Shown in pieces: positions 1 through 11,610 of a stretch of DNA of 64,000 bases. Position 1 is the first letter of the stretch. The number at the start of each line of letters is the position of its first letter. The notes under the pieces are model-generated. The model was given only the letters and a program-made list of their open reading frames with translations, was not told where the DNA came from and ran no database searches. Location: NCBI RefSeq assembly GCF_032444005.1, contig NC_091287.1:64294001-64358000 (forward strand). Reading direction: 5' to 3'. The stretch comes from Ranitomeya imitator (lineage: Eukaryota). The position numbers and the translations under genes were made by a program.

Positions 1-268
1 GAGAAGCAGAGCGCAGCGCTGGAGGACAGACGGCGGTAGGTAAGTATCTAGTGTTTGTTTTTTTTTACTTTTAGCATGGTATCCAGGGTAAACATCGGGT
101 TACTAAGCGCGGCCCTGCGCTTAGTTACCCGATGTTTACCCTGGTTATCGGCATCGTTGGTCGCTGGAGAGCGGTCTGTGTGACAGCTCTCCAGCGACCA
201 AACAGCGACGCTGCAGCGATCCGGATCGTTGTCGGTATCGCTGCAGCGTCGCTAAATGTGAAGGGGCC
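1..268. mobile_element. PIF/Harbinger-like MITE, family B (GGTACC/GGGGCC ends), right part only
   Basis: Matches the right half of 402-1126; ends tgtgaaggggcc followed by TTA. Confidence 0.8.
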
Positions 269-401
269 TTAACCCCTTTCCAAAGCAATTATGGTCCTGC
301 TAGTCTATAGGACTACTGGACACAGTCAAGGACAGCATTGGGCTCTCCGGCAGTCCTATAAACAGAACCAGCAGTCTATTCAGACTACTCCAAAGCCTTT
401 A

Positions 402-1126
402 GGTACCTTCACACATAACGATATTGTTAACGATATCGTTGCTATTTGTGACGTAGCAACGATATCGTTAATGAAATCGTTCTGTGTGACAGCGACCAAC
501 GATCAGGCCCCTGCTGGGAGATCGTTGGTCGCTGAACAAAGTCCAGAACTTTATTTGGTCGCTGGACTCCCTGGAGACATCGCTGGATCGGCGTGTGTGA
601 CACCGATCCAGCGATGTCTTCACTGGTAACCAGGGTAAACATCGGGTAACTAAGCGCAGGGCCGCGCTTAGTAACCCGATGTTTACCCTGGATACCATGC
701 TAAAAGTTAAAAAAAACAAACACTACATACTTACCTACCGCTGTCTGTCCTCCAGCGCTGCGCTCTGCACTCCTCCTGTACTGTCTGTGAGCCGGAAAGC
801 AGAGCGGTGACGTCACCGCTCTGCTTTCCGGCTCACAGACAGTACAGGAGGAGAGCAGAGAAGCAGAGCGCAGCGCTGGAGGACAGACGGCTGTAGGTAA
901 GTATCTAGTGTTTGTTTTTTTTTAACTTTTAGCATGGTATCCAGGGTAAACATCGGGTTACTAAGCGCGGCCCTGCGCTTAGTTACCCGATGTTTACCCT
1001 GGTTACCGGCATAGTTGGTCGCTGGAGAGCGGTCTGTGTGACAGCTCTCCAGCGACCAAACAGCGACGCTGCAGCGATCCGGATCGTTGTCGGTATCGCT
1101 GCAGCGTCGCTTAATGTGAAGGGGCC
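402..1126. mobile_element. PIF/Harbinger-like palindromic MITE, family B, full length
   Basis: TIRs ggtaccttcaca...tgtgaaggggcc with TTA on both sides; internal palindrome centred on gtgacgtcac at 807-816. Confidence 0.85.
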
Positions 1127-1201
1127 TTATTTTCGAGATCAGTGGGACCATCAGCAACTAAAAAAAAGTTGCAAATTTTCTTAAAAGCACTAAAATTTTA
1201 C

Positions 1202-1381
1202 CTACAAACTCATTTGGCAATTCAACATTACTATTAGTGGAGAAGTTGCCCATAGCCATCAATAAAGTAGTTATTTTTATTTCATTAGTTGCTTCGGAAA
1301 ACTCTTCCATTATGATTTTGCACCAGAATTCGTAAACCTCCCGCCTGTCTAGAGATTGCAGCTCCAGCAGAGGAGGCCTTC
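1202..1381 (-). CDS. Candidate internal coding exon of an unidentified host gene
   Basis: 180 nt, phase 1 to phase 1; acceptor tatcttgcag|, donor |gtaaaa; open frame RPPLLELQSLDRREVYEFWCKIIMEEFSEATNEIKITTLLMAMGNFSTNSNVELPNEFV; protein not recognised. Confidence 0.45.
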
Positions 1382-1646
1382 CTGCAAGATAGCTGGAGAT
1401 GATGGTACAGAGATCGGACAGATTGTAACTATGTCAACTATTCCAGAAATGATATACATTAATCACTGCTCTAATAGCCTCAAGTGTGCCGGAGATAAGA
1501 CCAAAGCGAGCACACAACTATGTAGGAAACTAATCATTGGCCAGAGAGGGAAATGTTGACACTGGCCGCACACACCTCTGGTGTGGATCGCTAAAAATAA
1601 TGCCAATGGAACACTATTTTAAAGCAAGCTATAAAGCGGTTCTTAC

Positions 1647-1710
1647 CAGTGATAACGAGCTATCTGCTTGTCCCTTACTGCACACTGTGCCAACATGCAT
1701 GAAGAGAATG
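1647..1710 (-). CDS. Possible small exon of the same host gene
   Basis: Acceptor ctgtttcccag| and strong donor ctg|gtaaga; two of three frames open. Confidence 0.25.
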
Positions 1711-2075
1711 CTGGGAAACAGCCGACTGCGGCCTCCGACCCCACGGGTGCTCGTGTTACACACATACAACATACAGTAGTCTAGGAGCCAAAGCCAGATT
1801 AGGAATGTCGATCAGGCGCCACACGCAATTGTGACCAGTCAGCCAATCAACAGGTGCAGTTCGGCGATTGGCTGAAGCTGCTGATGTATCCATCTATTTG
1901 GACATCATTGTTATGGGGACTCTTCCAATGACAAACGGGAAATAAGGAATGGACTATGCATGTGTATGGATACGTCAGGTGAGGTTGTCAGGTTGTTCAC
2001 CCAGATAAAAGCCACCACCATGAAGCACAGAGGATCGTTCAGCCAACAAGCATCTAATGTGAAAGGCAGGCTTTA

Positions 2076-2423
2076 GGCTATGTGCACATGTTCAGGTTTT
2101 TTCGCGTTAAAAAAAACGCTATAAAAACTCATTAAAAACGCATAATATATGCATCCTATCATTTAGAATGCATTCTGCATGTTTTGTGCCCATGATGCGT
2201 TTTTTTCCGCAAAAAAAAAAAAAAAGCATTGCGGTAAAAAAAAGCAGCATGTTCATTAATTTTGTGGATTTTCTGCATTTTTCCTGCTATTCTATGCATT
2301 TGGGAAAAAACGCACCAAAAATGCATGAAGAAACGCGAAAAAAACGCATGCAGATTTCTGGCAGAAATGTCCGGTTTTTGTCAGGAAAATTTCTGCAAGA
2401 AATCCTGACGTGTGCACATACCC
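2076..2423. mobile_element. PIF/Harbinger-like MITE, family A (ggctatgtgcac ends)
   Basis: TIRs ggctatgtgcac...gtgcacataccc; flanks TTA and TAA. Confidence 0.85.
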
Positions 2424-2427
2424 TAAA

Positions 2428-3130
2428 GGTACCTTCACACTCAGCGACGCTGCAGCGTTACCAACAACGATGTCGATCGCTGCAGCATCTCTGTTTGGTC
2501 GCTGGAGAGCTGTCACACAGACAGCTCTCCAGCGACCAACGATGCCGGTAACCAGGATAAACATCGGGTTACTAAGCGCAGGGCCGCGCTTAGTAACCCA
2601 ATGTTTACCCTGGTTACCAGCGTAAAAGTAAAAAAAAAAAAAACACTACATACTTACCTTCCGCTGTCTGTCCCCGGCGCTCTGCTTCTCTGCACTGACT
2701 GAGCACAACGGCCGGAAGCAGAGCGGTGACGTCACCGCTGTGCTTTCCGGCTGGCCGGCGCTCACAGCCAGTGCAGAGGAGCACAGCGCCGGGGACAGAC
2801 AGCGGAAGGTAAGTATGTAGTGTTTGTTTTTTTTTACTTTTACGCTGGTAACCAGGGTAAACATCGGGTTACTAAGCGTGGCCCTGCGCTTAGTAACCCG
2901 ATGTTTACCCTGGTTACCAGTGAAGACATCGCTGAATCGGCGTCACACACGCCGATTCAGCGATGTCTGCAGGGAGTCCAGCGACGAAATAAAGTGCTGG
3001 GCTTTCTGCAGCTACCAACAACATCACAGCAGGATTCTGATCGCTGCTGCCTGTCAAACTGAACGATATCGCTAGCCAGGACGCTGCAACGTCAAGGATC
3101 GCTAGCGATATCGTTCAGTGTGAAGGTACC
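2428..3130. mobile_element. PIF/Harbinger-like palindromic MITE, family B variant
   Basis: TIRs ggtaccttcacact...agtgtgaaggtacc; abuts the right flank of 2076-2423. Confidence 0.85.
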
Positions 3131-3866
3131 TTTAGGGAAGACATTCGCCACTCTGAACACACAAACATTAATATGCAGGTTCATCACTTGCTTTACTTCC
3201 TGCAGACCGAAAACATGACATTTCTCTATCCATTGACTTAGAATACTGTTCAGAATAAAATTTAAAAAAAATTGTTATAAAAAGGTTACAACAAACTCTG
3301 CGGTCAGACAAGAATAAAGGTGCCATTTTTAATGAAAATCTATTTCAAAAATATTGTAGAAACAGAAAAAAAGAGAGAGGGTTATTTCCAAAATAGTAAG
3401 TTGTCTCCCATTTATGTGTTAGGGGATAATTTACTGATCACTGGGAGTCCAACCTTTGTAACCTAACCTGATGCCAAAATGTTGGCTCTAGAACCAGATT
3501 CTCATGAGCCTTGGCTTTCTCCTGCAGTACCATAGACAATGAATGGAGCTCAAGTTTATGCACATCTAGCCAATCTGCTGGGGTCTGCTTTCCACGTCCT
3601 CTACTAAGGTTGGTTTATTATGGGCACTTTTCCTTCATCATTCCCAATATGATTTACTGCACATTACCTATGGATCCATGTTCCATTATAACTTGAGTGG
3701 AGTTAGCCATGTTTATTTTTGGTTGGGCTTCTTTATTATTACCCCATCTGGATATTTGTTTGTACTATGCATATATTACTTTATATCCTGGGACCCTCAT
3801 GAATCATCTGAAATAATTTCTCAGTAGCTGCTACCATTTGTACTTTTTACTATATTTATTAATATA

Positions 3867-4921
3867 CCGTATATACTAGAGTATAAGCCGAGAATTTCAG
3901 CCCTTTTTTTGGGCTGAAAGTCCCCCCCTCGGCTTATACTCTGGTCATACCCAGGGGTCGGCAGCGGAGGGGGAGCGGGGGCCATCTAATTATACTTACC
4001 TACTCCTGGTGCGGTCCCTGCTTCTTCCAGCGCTGCATATTCTTCCTGTACTGAGCGGTCACATGGTACCGCTCATTACAGTAATGAATATGCGGCTCCA
4101 CCTTCCATAGGGGTGGAGCAGCATATTCATTACTGTAATGAGCGGTAACGGTGAAGGCTCAGTACAGGAAGAATATGCAGCGCCGGGAGAAGCAGGGACT
4201 GCACCGCGCCAGGAGCAGGTAGGTATACGGGGAGGGGGAGCGCAGCACTGCGCGATATTTACCTCTCCTCGTTCCGCTGCAGCTCAGTCATCAGCGTCCT
4301 CTGGCTGTGATGCTCAGGTCAGAGGGCACGGTGACGTTGTCAGTGCGCGCCCTCTGCTGAACGTCAGTGCTAGACGGAGCCGCACCCGAACAAGGAGCAG
4401 GTAAAAGTGCCGGGGTCCTGAGCGACGGAGAGGTGAGTATACGATTTATTTTTTTTATCGCAGCCACAGCAAATGGGGCAAGTGACTGTATGGAGCATGT
4501 TATGGGGCCATAACGATTTTGCAGCATTATAAGGGGCAGTGACTGTATGGAGCATTTGTATGGGGCCATAACGATTGTGCAGCACTATAAGGGGCAAGTG
4601 TCTGTATGGAGCATCTTATGGGGCCCTTATTACCCTTTATGCAGGATTATATGGGGCATATTTTAATATGGAGCATTTAATGGGGCCCATCAAACTTTAT
4701 GGAGCATTATATGGGGCTCCTGATTCAATATGGATATTCAAAAACACTTAACCTACTGATGTCTCAATTAATTTTACTTTTATTGGTATCTATTTCTACT
4801 TTTGACATTTACCGGTAGCTGCTGCATTTTCCACCCTAAGGCTTATACTCGAGTCATTAAGTTTTCCCAGTTTTTTGTGGCAAACTTAGGGGGGGGTCGG
4901 CTTATACTCGAGTATATACGG
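3867..4921. mobile_element. Tc1/mariner-superfamily (Tc2/pogo-like) non-autonomous element
   Basis: TIRs ccgtatatact(a/c)gagtataagcc...ggcttatactcgagtatatacgg with TA on both sides; partial second copy at 14342-14785. Confidence 0.8.
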
Positions 4922-4925
4922 TATA

Positions 4926-5469
4926 TCTACTATATAATTGTCTAAGGGTCTGTCTGTCACGGAAATCTTAAGTCACCGATTGGTCGCGGCAATCAGCGAC
5001 GGGCACAGTCCGGCGGCAAAATGGCCGCTCCTTACTCCCCGCAATCAGTGCCCGCTCCACTCTCTCCTCCAGTCAGCGCTCACACAGGGTTAATGGCAGC
5101 GTTAACGGACCGCGTTATGCCGCGGTGTAACGCACTCCGTTAATGCGGCTATTAACCCTGTGTGACCAACTTTTTTACTATTGATGCTGCCACGTAGTAT
5201 ATTGCCCAGCGACGTAGTATATTGCCCACTCCGTGGGCTGTGCTATACACTCCGTGGGCTGTGCTATACACTCCGTGGGCTGTGCTATACACTCCGTGGC
5301 TGGCCGTGAACAATCAGCGACAGGCGCAGTCCGGCCGCGAAATGGCGTGGGATTTGAACCACGCTTCGCTAGTTGGTCGCAGTTGGCCGAATCCTGTGTA
5401 TTCAATGCATTATTCTAAAATCTTCATAAATAAACTACATACATTCTAGAACACCCTATGCGTTAGAAT
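4926..5469 (+). mobile_element. Non-autonomous Helitron-like element, 3' end lost in the gap
   Basis: 5' TC start (tctactatataattgtctaag); 3' region matches 31359-32219; internal 21-bp tandem repeat. Confidence 0.7.
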
Positions 5470-6137
5470 NNNNNNNNNNNNNNNNNNNNNNNNNNNNNNN
5501 NNNNNNNNNNNNNNNNNNNNNNNNNNNNNNNNNNNNNNNNNNNNNNNNNNNNNNNNNNNNNNNNNNNNNNNNNNNNNNNNNNNNNNNNNNNNNNNNNNNN
5601 NNNNNNNNNNNNNNNNNNNNNNNNNNNNNNNNNNNNNNNNNNNNNNNNNNNNNNNNNNNNNNNNNNNNNNNNNNNNNNNNNNNNNNNNNNNNNNNNNNNN
5701 NNNNNNNNNNNNNNNNNNNNNNNNNNNNNNNNNNNNNNNNNNNNNNNNNNNNNNNNNNNNNNNNNNNNNNNNNNNNNNNNNNNNNNNNNNNNNNNNNNNN
5801 NNNNNNNNNNNNNNNNNNNNNNNNNNNNNNNNNNNNNNNNNNNNNNNNNNNNNNNNNNNNNNNNNNNNNNNNNNNNNNNNNNNNNNNNNNNNNNNNNNNN
5901 NNNNNNNNNNNNNNNNNNNNNNNNNNNNNNNNNNNNNNNNNNNNNNNNNNNNNNNNNNNNNNNNNNNNNNNNNNNNNNNNNNNNNNNNNNNNNNNNNNNN
6001 NNNNNNNNNNNNNNNNNNNNNNNNNNNNNNNNNNNNNNNNNNNNNNNNNNNNNNNNNNNNNNNNNNNNNNNNNNNNNNNNNNNNNNNNNNNNNNNNNNNN
6101 NNNNNNNNNNNNNNNNNNNNNNNNNNNNNNNNNNNNN
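5470..6137. other. Assembly gap (run of N)
   Basis: Continuous n characters. Confidence 1.
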
Positions 6138-6540
6138 ATATATTTGGACAGAGACAACATTTTTCTAATTTTGGTTATAGACATTACCACAATGAATTTT
6201 AAACAAAACTATTCAGATGCAGTGGAAGTTCAGACTTTCAGCTTTAATTTGAGGGTATCCACATTAAAATTGGATGAAGGGTTTAGGAGTTTCAGCTCCT
6301 TAACATGTGCCACCCTGTTTTTAAAGGGACCAAAAGTAATTGGACAATTGACTCCAAGGCTATTTCATGGACAGGTGTGGGCAATCCCTTTGTTATGTCA
6401 TTCTCAATTAAGCAGATAAAAGGCCTGGAGTTGATTTGAGGTGTGGTGCTTGCATTTGTTAGGTTTTGCTGTGAAGTAAACATGCGGTCAAAGGAGCTCT
6501 CCATGCAGGTGAAACAAGCCATCCTTAAGCTGTGAAAACT
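6138..6540 (+). mobile_element. Tc1-like transposon 5' fragment
   Basis: Tc1-type terminal and inner repeat sequence followed by transposase start MRSKELSMQVKQAILKL at ~6482. Confidence 0.7.
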
Positions 6541-6732
6541 CACTGCAGGGGAGTAGGGAGGGACTAATCGGACTGTGACCGTCACTGATTGGTCGCAGCA
6601 GCCATGACAGGCAGCTGGCGAGACCAATCAGCGACTTGCATTTCCAAGACAGAGGCCGCAACCAATGAATATCCGAGCCAGAGAAAGAAAGACGGACAGA
6701 CTGAAGTGACCCTTAGACAATTATATAGTGGA
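6541..6732 (-). mobile_element. Helitron-like 5' fragment, reverse orientation
   Basis: Reverse complement of tccactatataattgtctaagggtcac, homologous to the starts at 4926 and 31359. Confidence 0.65.
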
Positions 6733-7499
6733 AAATATATATATATTTATATATATTATATTTATATATATATATATTATATATTTTCTTCGGCTGTCTC
6801 TTATAGGGATCATATGTGCATGTTTACATGTTTATGGGCCAATTTTATTTTTTTAATTACATTTTTTGGGGGACGTGGCACTAAGGCGTCACTACACCTT
6901 TTTGCTTTGTGTTTTCTATTTACTTATTTTTATGATGATCATACTGTCTTGTTATAATCAGCAATAAAATTTATATTTTAAATATTGCTCCAAGATCCAT
7001 TTTTTTGCTTTTTTGGTTCTTTCTCCAGCAGTACCATAGACAATGAATGGAGTGGACCTCAAGCTTATGCACATCCACCCAATTCAAGGCACCCCATATA
7101 AAATGAAAATAAACTAAATATAGCAGCTGTTCTCATTACCTTTTCTTGAATGTTGTGTACTATTCTACAAATTTATCTAATTGGGGAAACTCATCACCTG
7201 AGATCTTCAAAAATCCTTCTCTTACAAATCAGATACTTTGACTCCAAGGGAAAATATTTTTGTGATCATGTCTTTATACCGAGGCACATGGAGTACAAGG
7301 CTATGAAACATTGGGCACATCTATACACATGGCTGCTGCCTGCATGAAGCTTAAAGCGTAGCTGTGACCTAAATACAGGGACAAGTTCATTCATCTATTA
7401 GCAGAAAAAATATAAATCCATTATAATGTTCAGCTAACAAGCGTGATCAAATAAGTTTGACTCCAAAGGCTCTTTCATGACTGCTTTCATTAGGCTAAA

Positions 7500-8278
7500 G
7501 GCTATGTGCACACCTTGCGTCGGGTCCCTGCGGGTTCTCCCGCAGCGGATTTGATAAATCTGCAGGGCAAAACAACTGCGGTTCTCCCTGCAGATTTATC
7601 GCGGTTTGTTCCGCGTTTTCCGCTGCGGGTTTCCGCCTATACTATTGATGCTGCATATGCAGCAATATGCAGCATCAATAGTAATGTTAAAAATAATAAA
7701 AATTGGTTATACTCACCCTCTGATGTCCGGATCTCCTGGGCGCTGCACCCGGCGGTCCGGTTCCAAAGATGCTGTGGGAGAAGGACCCTTCGTGACGTCA
7801 CGGTCATGTGACCGCGACGTCACCGCAGGTCCTGGTCGCACAGCAACTCTGACCGGACGGCCGCGTGCAGCGCCCAGGAGCTCCGGACATCAGAGGGTGA
7901 GTATAACCAGATTTTTTATTTTTTAACCCCAAATATGGTTCCCAGGGCCTGGAGGAGAGTCTCCTCTCCTCCACCCCGGGTACCACCCGCACATTATCCG
8001 CTTACTTCCCGCAACGTGGGCACAGCCCCATGCGGGAAGTAAGCGGTTCAATGTATTCCTATGGGTGCAGAATCGCAGCGATTCTGCACAAAGAAGTGAC
8101 ATGCTGCGGGTTGTAAACCGCTGCGTTCCCGCGCGGTTTTTCCCGCAGCATGTGCACAGCGGTTTGCGGTTTCCATAGGGTTTACATGTTACTGTAAACG
8201 CTATGGAAACTGCTGCGGACCCGCAGCATCAAAATCGCGGCGGTTCCGCGGTAAAAACCGCTAAGTGTGAATATAGCC
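7500..8278. mobile_element. PIF/Harbinger-like MITE
   Basis: TIRs ggctatgtgcacac...gtgtgaatatagcc; AAA on both sides. Confidence 0.8.
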
Positions 8279-8497
8279 AAAGACATTTAACAGAAGCCAA
8301 AGGCAGGGACCAGCCTAGGACTAGTCCGTTAAATGGGTTGTCCGGTCTAAAATTAATTCTGCGCGCTGCAAGGATTCGCCCTTCTCTGCCTCAGGAACAG
8401 CGGTCAGGTATGTGATATGCATATTCCTGGGTACAACCCATCCAGTGGCCACAGCTCATGCAATACAAACCAGCTCTGGTTCAGGCAGGATAACTAA

Positions 8498-8891
8498 GGC
8501 TTCTTTCACATTTGCGTCAGTATGCGGCCGTCGCTAAGTGTCGGTGTGACGTACCGACGGACGTTGTGAAAATTCGGCACAACGTGGGCAGCGGATGCAG
8601 TTTTTCAACGCATTCGCAGCCCATTCTAAAGTCCCCGGGAGGAGGGGGCGGAGTTCCGGCCGCGCATGCGTGGTAGGATTTGCAGGATCTGACGTACGAA
8701 AAAACGTTCCCTTGAACATTTTTTCGTGACGACGGTCTGTGAAAACACGACGCATCCAGTGCAAAACGGACACGACGTATGGCCATACGTGGCGATCCGT
8801 CGGCAATACAAGTCTATGGGAAAAGACGCATCCTGCGGGCACATTTGCAGGATGCGTTTTTCCCAAAAACGACGCAAATGTGAAAGTAGTC
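8498..8891. mobile_element. PIF/Harbinger-like MITE
   Basis: TIRs ggcttctttcacatttgcg...cgcaaatgtgaaagtagtc; TAA on both sides. Confidence 0.8.
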
Positions 8892-9090
8892 TAAGTTGAC
8901 AGGTTCCCTTTAAAAAGTCTAAATTTACATCAGTCATCCATAGGATTCCAATGAAAAAAAAAAAAGTTAGAAGCGTACACAAAAATGGAGGCAGCATTCA
9001 TGAGGAGCAAGTAAAGAAAAAATGAAATGTGAAGGTCTGTAAACTACCTACTGTACATTAATTTTTTTGTCTTTTTTCTTGGATGCTCAC

Positions 9091-9212
9091 CTGCTTCAAT
9101 TGTATTGATTTATACTGTGCCCTGGGAGTTGGAGTTAATGCTTGGAGCATGATGTTATCACTACTATCATTTTAATCGTTTGCTCACTATTACTTAGTGC
9201 AGTCCTTGCGGT
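9091..9212 (-). CDS. Candidate ATG-containing exon of the host gene (5' UTR plus MLQALTPTPRAQYKSIQLKQ)
   Basis: Acceptor tttaatttttag|, donor cag|gtgagc; ATG with A at -3; frame open to the donor in phase 0. Confidence 0.4.
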
Positions 9213-9615
9213 CTAAAAATTAAACTAAATGAATATTTGTTTAAAGTTTGGGTACGTGCCCTCTTCCAACATGACCTCAGAACCATTTAGCCTGCCTACC
9301 AGCATTTAGCCCATTTCCAATATGCACACCATATTTCCATTTTTAACCAATCAGATCTCTTTCTGGCATGATGCCTTTTTCCAAAATGGCTACTGTCGAA
9401 CCATATTTCTAGAAAACATGTGGGGATCATGCGACTCTCTGGAGCCAGCTCCATCCTTTTAGTTTGTGTGATTTACACTATTTTGTATGGTGAGTGACCT
9501 GTACTGTAAATGTTTGCACTCACATTGCGCAGATTTTATGTGGATGCACAGCATATATCACCGCCGTTATGGAGTGACTGCAGACTTTACATTTTAGACC
9601 GGACAATCCCTTTAA

Positions 9616-10379
9616 GGCTAGTTTCACATTTGCGGTAGAGTCCGCAGAGTCTTGTCCGCAACTGCATGCAAAACGCATATTTGCGCAGCGTTTTTTTATT
9701 CGCATCAGCTTACGCATGACGGCAAAAAAAAAGAAGCTGCGTTTGCATGCGTTTTTGTGCATGTTTGCAATTTTTATGCGCATGTGTTTAATATGTCAAG
9801 GAGGACATGTCTCAATGGGAGTGTAAATCAGTTCCTGGACATGTGCAGTCTGAAGTACGCAAGCACAGCGAATGCATGTATACGCAAATACATGCGTTCC
9901 CATAGGCAGTAATGCGTTTTTTGAACGCACTCATCCGCATGCCTGCACATATTTGATGGAAATTTGCCGCCTCCAAAATTGCAACATGGTGCATTAGCCG
10001 CGCCCCGCAGCACACCGCGAAAAGACGCATGCGTAAACAAACGCAGGCGAACGCATGAACCTGCGTCAACAATGTAAAATTAAATAGATTAATCTAAGGA
10101 CGTAGAGAAGTCAATTACCAAAAGTATATTTTATTGTTGAAAGAAAAATTATTTGACCAGACATACAGTGAGCCAATGTTTCGGCCACAATTGGCCTTCG
10201 TCAAGGCAATTATCTGTATGGTGGTACAAGGAGTGAAACTGGCAAAATAGGATGTGTAGGGTCCCGGATACAGCCGCAATAAAAATGAGGTGCCATCAAT
10301 GTAAAAGATATGAAATCAAGACGCATGCGGATGTATGCATCAGAAACGCCGCAGACACAACGCAAATGTGAAACCGGCC
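9616..10379. mobile_element. PIF/Harbinger-like MITE with a nested Penelope-like insertion
   Basis: TIRs ggctagtttcacatttgcg...cgcaaatgtgaaaccggcc; TAA on both sides. Confidence 0.8.
10080..10296 (-). mobile_element. Short Penelope-like retro-insertion with a degenerate hammerhead motif
   Basis: 10-bp direct repeat caatgtaaaa at 10070 and 10297; minus strand reads ttgacga-a-ggcca attg tggcc-gaaac. Confidence 0.55.
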
Positions 10380-10675
10380 TAAGTATGGTTTGGGAGATCT
10401 CCCTACATATTTGATAAACTGAAGGAAGACATGCCATCTGAAAAGAGCTGAACTCATATGCATGTAAGATACCATCCAAGTACAGACCATGATCTCTGGA
10501 CCAGCCGCTGGTCTTCAGACCCAAACTCCAGTCTCAGGTATATTTGAGGTTGTTGAGTTCAGGTGAGGTGACTCAAGGCTGGTCAAAAAAATAATAAAAT
10601 CACAGTCTGTACAGAGACCGTGTTCAGCAGTCAGAGCTCGTCCAGATGAGTATATAAGCAGACTAAGCTTGGTTC

Positions 10676-11610
10676 ACACTTTCGTTCAGCAGCCCTGCGT
10701 ACTTCCTCCCATAAGCTCCGCCTACTTCCGTATGCGTCCTGCGTACCTATCTTTAACATTGGGTACGCAGGGACATGCGGTTGTATGCGGATGCGTCCGC
10801 ATGCGGCGTTTTGATGTGCAGAAGAACGCATAATGTTGCATTTTCTTTAATTCACACAACGATTTCGTTAACGATATTGTTGCTTTTTGTGACGTAGCAA
10901 CGATATCGTTAACAAAATCGTTATGCGTGACAGCGACCAACGATCAGGCCCCTGCTGGGAGATCGTTCGTCACTGGGAATGATCAGGACCTTTTTTTGGT
11001 CGCTGATCACCCGCTGTCATCGCTGAATCGGCGTGTGTGACGCCGATCCAGCGATGTGTTCACTGGTACCCAGGGTAAATATCGGGTTACTAAGCGCAGG
11101 GCCGCGCTTAGTAACCCGATATTTACCCTGGTTACCATTGTAAAAGTTAAAAAAAAACAAAACAAAAACAGTACATACATTCCTGTCACGTCCCCCGGCG
11201 TCAGCTTCCCGCACTGACTGTCAGCGCCGGCCGGCCGTAAAGCAGAGCACAGCGTTGACATCACCGCTCTGCTTTACGGCCGGTGCTTACACAGTGCAGG
11301 GAAGCTGACGCTGGGGGACGTGACAGGAATGTGAGTGTTTTTTTTTACTTTGACAATGGTAACCAGGGTAAATATCGGGTTACTAAGCGCGGCCCTTAGT
11401 AACCCGATGTTTACCCTGGTTACCCGGGGACTTCGGCATCGTTGAAGACAGTTTCAACGATGCCGAAGTTGTTCCCCGGATCGTTGGTCGCTGGACAGAG
11501 CTGTCTGTGTGACAGCTTCCCAGCGACCACACAACGATTTACCAACGATCACGGCCAGGTCGTATCGCTGGTCGTGATTGTTGGTAAATCGTTTAGTGTA
11601 ACGGTACCTT
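10676..11610. mobile_element. Composite of two partial PIF/Harbinger-like MITEs
   Basis: Left end TAA-gcttggttcacac; from ~10852 a family-B body ending gtaacggtacc. Confidence 0.65.

Noticed and set aside
5456-6190. 244-aa ORF in the track
   Set aside because: Artefact of the N gap.
7140-7368. Coding exon on the minus strand (good AG and GT signals)
   Set aside because: All three frames contain stop codons; at most a non-coding exon or a chance match.
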